A stretch of DNA of 64,000 nucleotides from Candidatus Daviesbacteria bacterium GW2011_GWA1_41_61 (lineage in GTDB: Bacteria > Patescibacteriota > Microgenomatia > Daviesbacterales > UBA10151). Both the position numbers and the translations under genes were made by a program. This document shows positions 57,622 through 64,000 of the stretch, piece after piece. The stretch lies in assembly GCA_000997385.1 (NCBI GenBank), contig LCBT01000001.1, positions 307,663 through 371,662 of the forward strand. Reading direction: 5' to 3'. The notes under the pieces are model-generated. The model worked only from the letters and a program-made list of their open reading frames with translations, was not told the DNA's origin and ran no database searches. Each line of letters starts with the position of its first letter. Within the stretch, counting starts at the first letter, position 1.

Positions 57622-58799
57622 AGCATCTCTTCTATCTCTATCAACCTTTGATATTTGACTAACCTTTCTTTTTGCAAGGGACAGCCACTCTTTAAACCAT
57701 CGGCTCCCAGTCCCACTGCCAAATCAGCAATGAAAGTATCCATTGTTTCTCCGCTGCGGTGGGAGACAATAACTTTCCAGCCATATTTTTGAGCTAAAGT
57801 AGCAGCTTTGATAGTTTCTGTCACTGAACCAATTTGGTTAGGTTTGATGATAACAGCATTGACTGCTCCTTTTTGATAAGCTTGGGTAATCCTTTGAGGG
57901 TTGGTAGTGGTTAAATCATCTCCCACAACCCACACTTTACTCCCCAATTGTCTTCTAATATCTTCAAATCCCTGCCAATCATCTTCCTGGAAAGGATCTT
58001 CTATGGAAAGCAGGGGAAAATCTGAAGCAAAATTATGATACAAACTTAACATTTCTTTTTCATCCAGTAACTTTTCTCCTATCTGATACTTGCCATCTTT
58101 AAACAACACTGAAGCAGCTACATCTAAACTTAATTTGCTGTGAGTATCTATACCAGATCTTACTTCTTGTAAAAGTTCCAAACCCTCTCTGGGGTTATCC
58201 GAAGGCATGGTAAAACCACCTTCATCTCCGTAAGTTACCTTTCCATATCTTTGATACTTCTTCCCTTCTAAAATTTTTATGGCCTTTTGGGCCAACTCTA
58301 GACTGAATTTAGGAGAAACAGTTTGGGGAACCAACAAATACTCTTGGAAAGGTAAGGAGTTTTTAGCATGAACCCCTCCTTCAATTAAATTATAAAAACA
58401 CAGTGGTAATTTTTGAATCTTGTGACCAATTATCCCAGCTATTAATTGATAAATCTCCAAATTTTGAGATGCTGCCAAAAGCTTAGTAAAACCAAGACTT
58501 AAGACCAAAATTAAATTCCCACCTAAATTTTGTTTATTAGGAGTATTGTCTAAAGAGATAAGGTAATTATCAAATTCCTCTAGGGTAGAAAACTGCCGGG
58601 TAAACAAATTAAATTTAATCTCAGTAAATTTTTCTAAAGCTTCCTCTGGTTCTAACACAAAGGCTTCGTTTGAGCCTTTACTCTTTCCGGAAGGGACACT
58701 AGCCACTACCTTGTGCCCCTCCAAGCTCATCTCGACTTCTAAAGTCTTCTCACTCCGGGAATCAGGGATAATTTTTAGGGTAATATCATCTATTTTCAT
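57618..58799 (-). CDS. eno: Enolase
   Basis: DSR, VPSG, GGVHA, GDEGG, IEDPF, GDDL, KPNQIG, SHRSGET. Confidence 0.93.
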   Translation of the reverse strand: MKIDDITLKIIPDSRSEKTLEVEMSLEGHKVVASVPSGKSKGSNEAFVLEPEEALEKFTEIKFNLFTRQFSTLEEFDNYLISLDNTPNKQNLGGNLILVLSLGFTKLLAASQNLEIYQLIAGIIGHKIQKLPLCFYNLIEGGVHAKNSLPFQEYLLVPQTVSPKFSLELAQKAIKILEGKKYQRYGKVTYGDEGGFTMPSDNPREGLELLQEVRSGIDTHSKLSLDVAASVLFKDGKYQIGEKLLDEKEMLSLYHNFASDFPLLSIEDPFQEDDWQGFEDIRRQLGSKVWVVGDDLTTTNPQRITQAYQKGAVNAVIIKPNQIGSVTETIKAATLAQKYGWKVIVSHRSGETMDTFIADLAVGLGADGLKSGCPLQKERLVKYQRLIEIEEML

Positions 58800-61248
58800 C
58801 ACCCTTACCCAACTTCCTTTTCTTCTCCTGTTGATAAATTTTTAAAGTAGTCTTAATAACTGTATCCGGATTTAGAGAAATACTGCCAATTCCCTCACTG
58901 ACCAAAAACTGGGCAAAATCCTCGTAATCAGAAGGGGCTTGACCACAAATACCAATATATTTATCTTTGGCTTGACACTTTTTAATTACTTCACTAATTA
59001 AAATCTTCACTGCTGCATCGTTTTCATTGCTAATACCGCGGACTCTTTCATTGCCATCTCTTTCAATACCCAAAGTAAGTTGAGTTAAATCATTACTGCC
59101 GATACTCATCCCATCAAAAACTTTTAAAAATTCATCGGCCAAAATAACATTGGAAGGGATCTCACACATCACATAAACTGCTAAATCATCATTATTTAGT
59201 CCCTCCTTCTCTATCAACTCCTTGACCTTTCTCCCTTCCTCAACAGTCCGGCAAAAGGGGACCATCACACAAACATTACTAAGCCCCATTTGCTGCCTGA
59301 CCTTTTTGATAGCCTGAAGTTCCAGTAAAAAGGCTGGGGCAAATTGGGGATGATAATAACGGGAAGCTCCCCGCCAGCCGATCATCGGGTTTTCCTCAGC
59401 AGGCTCATAAATCTCCCCGCCGATTAGTAAACGATACTCGTTAGTTTTAAAATCAGAAAACCGGACAATGACTTTTTTCGGATAAAATGCTGCACCAATC
59501 CTGCCAATTCCATAAGCTAGCTTATCCACATAAAATTGGATTTTATCCTCATACCCCACAGTTTTTTGATCAATCTGCCTTTTTAAACTTGGAGAAAGTG
59601 TTGCATAATTAATTAAGGCCATGGGATGGATACCAATATCAGAGGCGATAATAAATTCCTCCCGGGCCAGTCCTACCCCATCGTTGGGGAGAAATGATTT
59701 TTCAAAAGCACTCTCCGGTGTGGCAATATTCATCATAATTTTAGTTTTAGTCCGGGGAAAATCTTTGACGTCATGCTCTTCAATGGTAAATTTCAAAACC
59801 CCGGCAAAAACAAATCCTTCACTACCGGTAGTATCAACGGTGATAGTTTGGCCGGTTTTAATTTTCTCTGTTGCATTAACACTCCCTACAATAGCCGGAA
59901 TCCCAAGCTCCCGGGAAACAATAGCCGCATGGGAAGTTCTCCCGCCTTGATCAGTAACAATGGCAGAAGCAATTTTCATAATTGGTTCCCAATCAGGATC
60001 AGTCATAACTGTTACCAAGATCTCACCAGCTTTAAATTGACGAATTGCTGACACATCACCAACCACCCTGGCTTTGCCAACAGCTATTTTGCTGCCTACT
60101 GAAGCTCCCTGGGTAATTACCTTGCCCTCTTCTAATCTCACATACTCTTTGATCTTTGTAAAATCCCGCACGGAATGGATCGTCTCCGGCCTAGCTTGAA
60201 CCATAAAAAGCTCCCCGCTTTTACCATCTTTGGCCCACTCAGTATCCATAGGGGTCCACTTGCCATGTTTTTTACTGTAATGATCCTCAATTTTGACTGC
60301 CCAATCAGCCAGCTGCAAAATCTCTTTATCTGATAAAACAAAAGTTTGCCTCTCTTTTTGGGAGGTGGCAATAATTTTAGTGGGGGTTTTATCAGAATAA
60401 ACCATCTTTTGGTTTTTCACACCCAATTTTTTATTAATAATCGGTTGATAATCTTTTTGCCCCAAGGTACCTTTAAAAACTAAAAACTCATCGGGGGTCA
60501 CCTCTCCTTGGACAATCATCTCCCCTAAACCCCAAGAACCGTTAATTAACACCACATCAGGGAAGCCGCTTTCAGTATCGAGGGTAAACATTACCCCAGA
60601 ACAGCCCAGATCTGATCTAACCATTCTTTGCACTCCCACTGACAAAGCAATTTTAAGATGATCAAACCCTTTGTCTACCCGGTAAGAAATAGCTCTATCA
60701 GTAAATAAAGAGGCCATAGATTCCCTAATATACTTTAAAATGTCTTCTATCCCCCTAATGTTTAAATAAGTTTCATGTTCTCCAGCGAAAGAAGCATCGG
60801 GTAAGTCTTCCGCAGTGGCAGAGGACCTCACAGCAAAATCAGAGTGCTGGCCATATTTTTTCTCAGCTTCTTTATGCGCTTCGGTAACAGCTTCTTTTAG
60901 CTCTTTAGGAAAATTGGTTTTTTTAATAGTTTCTCTAATTAATTTAGCTTTTAAAGCCAGATCCGAGAGATTATGAGTGTTTAAACCATCTAATGTTTTT
61001 CTGATAAAAGTCGTTAGCCCTGTTTCATCAAGGAAATACCTATAAGCAGAAGCTGTGACGGCATAACCGCCGGGAATTTTCACACCTTTCGGGATAAGCT
61101 CTTGTAACATCTCCCCCAAAGAAGCATTTTTACCACCCACCTCTGGAACATCCTCGATTCCTACTTCTTCTAAGTGTTTGATAAACAATGAAGGAACGCT
61201 TTTTTTTGAGGCGGGCAAAGGAGTATGGGTTTTAAAAATAGGCAGCAT
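58786..61248 (-). CDS. ppsA: Phosphoenolpyruvate synthase (full length)
   Basis: GGKNASLGEM, SFAGEHET, GGRTSHAAIVSRELG, GVGLAREEF, EENPMIGWRG, SIGSNDLTQ, GICGQ. Confidence 0.96.
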   Translation of the reverse strand: MLPIFKTHTPLPASKKSVPSLFIKHLEEVGIEDVPEVGGKNASLGEMLQELIPKGVKIPGGYAVTASAYRYFLDETGLTTFIRKTLDGLNTHNLSDLALKAKLIRETIKKTNFPKELKEAVTEAHKEAEKKYGQHSDFAVRSSATAEDLPDASFAGEHETYLNIRGIEDILKYIRESMASLFTDRAISYRVDKGFDHLKIALSVGVQRMVRSDLGCSGVMFTLDTESGFPDVVLINGSWGLGEMIVQGEVTPDEFLVFKGTLGQKDYQPIINKKLGVKNQKMVYSDKTPTKIIATSQKERQTFVLSDKEILQLADWAVKIEDHYSKKHGKWTPMDTEWAKDGKSGELFMVQARPETIHSVRDFTKIKEYVRLEEGKVITQGASVGSKIAVGKARVVGDVSAIRQFKAGEILVTVMTDPDWEPIMKIASAIVTDQGGRTSHAAIVSRELGIPAIVGSVNATEKIKTGQTITVDTTGSEGFVFAGVLKFTIEEHDVKDFPRTKTKIMMNIATPESAFEKSFLPNDGVGLAREEFIIASDIGIHPMALINYATLSPSLKRQIDQKTVGYEDKIQFYVDKLAYGIGRIGAAFYPKKVIVRFSDFKTNEYRLLIGGEIYEPAEENPMIGWRGASRYYHPQFAPAFLLELQAIKKVRQQMGLSNVCVMVPFCRTVEEGRKVKELIEKEGLNNDDLAVYVMCEIPSNVILADEFLKVFDGMSIGSNDLTQLTLGIERDGNERVRGISNENDAAVKILISEVIKKCQAKDKYIGICGQAPSDYEDFAQFLVSEGIGSISLNPDTVIKTTLKIYQQEKKRKLGKGDENR

Positions 61249-61352
61249 AAATTAATACTAGCATAAACTTCTACCAATAAGAAACCTAGCCAAAAAATCC
61301 AGGAAGGCTTAGAAACCCTCAAGAAAAAAGGATTGCTTTAATTCTTTACCTA

Positions 61353-61392
61353 TTGACATATAGTAAAGAGTATGGTATAAAGTCTTTACTAT
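61353..61392 (+). promoter_or_regulatory. TA operon promoter with a palindromic operator
   Basis: TTGACA-17 bp-TATAAA; atagtaaaga (61360-61369) / tctttactat (61383-61392) inverted repeat. Confidence 0.75.
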
Positions 61393-61678
61393 GCAAACAT
61401 ATTCTCCTAATAATCGAGGAAAAGAAGAAATTTCTACCATTAGTAGTAAAGGGCAAGTAACTATCCCTGTTAAAGTCCGGAAGCATTTGGGAATAAAGAG
61501 TAATGATAAAATTGCTTTTGTTATTGAATCCAGTGGTGAAGTTAAAGTAACTCCAGCTAAATACCCTGATATCCAATCTTTAAAGGGAGTAGCTGGCTCT
61601 TTAACAAAACCTTTATCATGGGAAAAAGTTAAACAGATAGCTCAAGCAGATCGTCTTAGTAAAAAGTATGGCCGATAA
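61391..61678 (+). CDS. AbrB/MazE/SpoVT-family antitoxin (VapB-like)
   Basis: STISSKGQVTIPVKVRKHLGI. Confidence 0.92.
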   Translation: MQTYSPNNRGKEEISTISSKGQVTIPVKVRKHLGIKSNDKIAFVIESSGEVKVTPAKYPDIQSLKGVAGSLTKPLSWEKVKQIAQADRLSKKYGR

Positions 61679-62096
61679 CCCACCCGCTGATCCCTACCTA
61701 GATACGGATATTATAATTCGGTTATTAACCTCCGACGATGTAAAAAAACAACAGGCTGCAGCTAAGCTATTTGAGCAGGTAGAAAAGGGAGAACTGCTTA
61801 TCTTGGCTCCAGATACAGTTATAGCTGACACAGTTTATGTTCTTTCTTCTCCCAGACTATATCATTTCCCCAGAGTTAATATCCATGATACCCTTTCTGT
61901 CTTGTTAAAGCTTCCTAATTTCAAAGTTGATAATAAACAAGCAATAATAAAAGCTTTAGATTTATATGTTACACATAATATTGACTTTTCAGACGCTTTT
62001 CTAGCTGCTTTGACACTTCAAACTGAGTCAAAGATTATTTTCTCCTATGATCTTGATTATAAAAAGATACCTCACTTAAAACGCATAGAACCTTAA
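61668..62096 (+). CDS. PIN-domain toxin (VapC-like)
   Basis: LDTDIIIR, DFSDAFL, IFSYD; overlaps the antitoxin gene. Confidence 0.9.
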   Translation: MADNPPADPYLDTDIIIRLLTSDDVKKQQAAAKLFEQVEKGELLILAPDTVIADTVYVLSSPRLYHFPRVNIHDTLSVLLKLPNFKVDNKQAIIKALDLYVTHNIDFSDAFLAALTLQTESKIIFSYDLDYKKIPHLKRIEP

Positions 62097-62109
62097 GACA
62101 GCTTAGTAT

Positions 62110-62352
62110 TAGAAAAATTGCCGCTTCATGGTTTACAGCAGCACAAACTGCAGGCTTACCATCTGGCTCAGACTGGCCGGTTTTTTTATTAAATTGCATC
62201 TGCTGACGGGGTTATAAGTTTTCTAGTTTTTGAGGAGAACCATGAAAGACAAATTTTCCAGTTTTGGAAAGCTGCTCTAAAATTTCCTTACCACTTTTGG
62301 AACCTTCTCCTGTCTCAACTGAAAAATCTTTTGTAGCTGATCTTATCTCCAT
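62110..62352 (-). pseudogene. Interrupted gene with an FHGS...L(E)PRQ motif (possible ADP-ribosyltransferase-like fold)
   Basis: MEIRSATK...KFVFHGSPQKLENL*PRQQ...DGKPAVCA...AAIF; in-frame TAA at 62212-62214. Confidence 0.5.
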
Positions 62353-62434
62353 ACATTGAAGGATACCACTTTTCACTTCCTTCTTACAGTTTGTTTACCT
62401 CAATTTCATCTTGCCTCCTTAAGATGACCTAAAT

Positions 62435-62965
62435 ATGCTCGCCCATGGAGAGATCCATTTTAATCACTTTCCTAAGAGAAGACCACCTCAGAAAGCTCAA
62501 AAAGTAGAAGAAAAGCCAACTGAGGAAGCTCAAAATTCCAAGGCCCAAGCTGAAGCAAAAATGGAGGAGTTAATTGAAGAAGCAGAAAACCCTTTATTTA
62601 AACTATCCACCATCTTTCCTTTTGATTTCTTTCCTGATCAGATCATTATCGACACTAACAAGGTAAATATTATCAGCAAAGAATTTTTTAGTTCAGGCAG
62701 AGTCCATAGCATTATGATTAAAGATATTGGCGATGTTTTTATAGAAACAGATCCTTTTTTTGCCAAACTGACCATTATTGATAAAGGGTTTACGGAAAAC
62801 TCCATTAATTTAAAATATTTAAAAAAGGAGGATGCTGCTAAAGCCCGCAAGATTATCCAAGGTTTAGTAGTAGCTCATGAACAAAGCATTGACCTTGCCC
62901 ATTTTCCCCCAGAAGAGCTAACTTTAAAACTAGAGAAGCTGGGAAAAATTAAGACTGAAAGGTAA
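62435..62965 (+). CDS. Hypothetical protein (possible bacterial PH-like domain)
   Basis: FPFDFFPDQIIIDTNKVNII...IKDI...FAKLTI. Confidence 0.7.
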   Translation: MLAHGEIHFNHFPKRRPPQKAQKVEEKPTEEAQNSKAQAEAKMEELIEEAENPLFKLSTIFPFDFFPDQIIIDTNKVNIISKEFFSSGRVHSIMIKDIGDVFIETDPFFAKLTIIDKGFTENSINLKYLKKEDAAKARKIIQGLVVAHEQSIDLAHFPPEELTLKLEKLGKIKTER

Positions 62966-63032
62966 TTTAGGCTGTAATTACCCCCCTAGGTATGATAATA
63001 TTCATCTTGACTACTCATATCAACAGTTACTG

Positions 63033-63965
63033 ATGAAGCACCGATTATTTATCTTCCTGCTGTTTAGTCTCTATATTTTTACCGTCACTGTTTTGATGGT
63101 TTTCCAGGGTATAGCTATTTCACCGGAGAGATATGCCTTTGTGCTGCTTTTAGGGAGCCTTCTGGTTAAAAAAACCAGAAACTTTATCTTTGATTGGACC
63201 CCCTTCCTCTTTATTTTAATCTCCTATGATTTTTTAAGGGAACTGGCAGGAAATTTAAATTCCGGCACTCACTATCTTGAGGCTATTAACTTTGATCAAA
63301 AGCTTTTTCAGACACTACCTACTGTAACCCTGCAGGAAAAATTTTTTAATACTAGCCAGGTAGTTTGGTATGATTACGGAGCTGCTTTTTTATATCTTCT
63401 CCATTTCATCTTACCTTTAGGTTTTGGGTTTTTACTCTGGATAAATAATAGAAGATACTTTAAGGAGTTTGTCACTGGCATCTCTCTTCTTTCCTATTCT
63501 GCCCTTGTCACTTATCTGCTCTTTCCTGCTGCCCCACCTTGGATGGCCCAAAGAGATGGATATATTGTAGGGGTCACTAAGATTTTAGATCAAGTCCTGG
63601 AGGTCTTTTCTACCAATTTAGACCTCGTGACTGTTTATCATAACCTTAACCCTAATCCTGTAGGAGCTATTCCTTCTGTTCATACAGCTTGGCCACTATT
63701 GATCTTTCTTTTTGCCTACCGTTATTTTAAAACTAAGGCTTTATACTTTCTGCCTTATGTTTTATCTGTTTGGCTAGCCATTATTTATCTAGGAGAACAT
63801 TATGTGCTGGATGTTTTAACTGGCATAATTTATGCCATTGTTTTTTATGTTATCTCAGTAGAAATAATGCACCGTATCAACTGGGGCCATCTTTTCCGGC
63901 AAATAGAGAATAAATTATTTAATAAAAAGTTATTAAAAACTGCCCGAGATGATCAAGCACTTTAA
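63033..63965 (+). CDS. PAP2-superfamily membrane phosphatase (IPC-synthase-like)
   Basis: PAAPPW, PSVHTA, IYLGEHYVLDV; multiple TM segments. Confidence 0.88.
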   Translation: MKHRLFIFLLFSLYIFTVTVLMVFQGIAISPERYAFVLLLGSLLVKKTRNFIFDWTPFLFILISYDFLRELAGNLNSGTHYLEAINFDQKLFQTLPTVTLQEKFFNTSQVVWYDYGAAFLYLLHFILPLGFGFLLWINNRRYFKEFVTGISLLSYSALVTYLLFPAAPPWMAQRDGYIVGVTKILDQVLEVFSTNLDLVTVYHNLNPNPVGAIPSVHTAWPLLIFLFAYRYFKTKALYFLPYVLSVWLAIIYLGEHYVLDVLTGIIYAIVFYVISVEIMHRINWGHLFRQIENKLFNKKLLKTARDDQAL

Positions 63966-64000
63966 TATTCGCATCTTTGGTTTAGTCCAAGGTGTCTTTT
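63949..64000 (+). CDS. Acylphosphatase, 5' part only (runs off the right edge)
   Basis: ATG 63949 reads MIKHFNIRIFGLVQGVF, matching the GxVQGVxFR signature. Confidence 0.75.
   Translation, partial: MIKHFNIRIFGLVQGVF

Noticed and set aside
62212-62214. Stop-codon reassignment
   Set aside because: TAA, TAG and TGA all terminate intact genes in this window; a single nonsense change is simpler
555-62850. Numerous 60-120 aa ORFs antisense or out of frame within identified genes
   Set aside because: Shadow ORFs with no motifs or independent expression signals

Overview
64 kb of bacterial chromosome in the standard code. Gene content (fermentative core, archaeal-type non-discriminating AspRS, very short 5'UTRs, many small orphans, no amino-acid biosynthesis genes in this window) suggests a Candidate Phyla Radiation (Microgenomates-like) genome; this is an inference. 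The backbone carries murA, gltX, aspS, relA/spoT, recJ, cca, secDF, comM, miaA, HU, rny, recX, recA, enolase, ppsA, RNase P RNA and tRNA-Pro(GGG). Accessory or unusual parts: (1) an AT-rich cluster of three radical SAM genes plus a creatininase-family gene at the left edge; (2) a ribosome-dependent attenuator whose 26-aa leader peptide contains FFYFWF and which precedes an 82-aa orphan gene; (3) a split PEP-synthase-like dikinase operon with a histidine phosphatase; (4) a fermentation module with an ADP-forming acetate-CoA ligase fused to an FNR-like domain, a 2-oxoacid:ferredoxin oxidoreductase, a ferredoxin and a minimal NiFe hydrogenase; (5) palindromic and heptamer repeats inserted in frame in housekeeping genes; (6) a 2.2-kb direct-repeat-flanked islet at tRNA-Pro with structured flanks; (7) a candidate ~190-nt sRNA convergent with rnpB. 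All calls come from reading motifs by eye; no searches were run.
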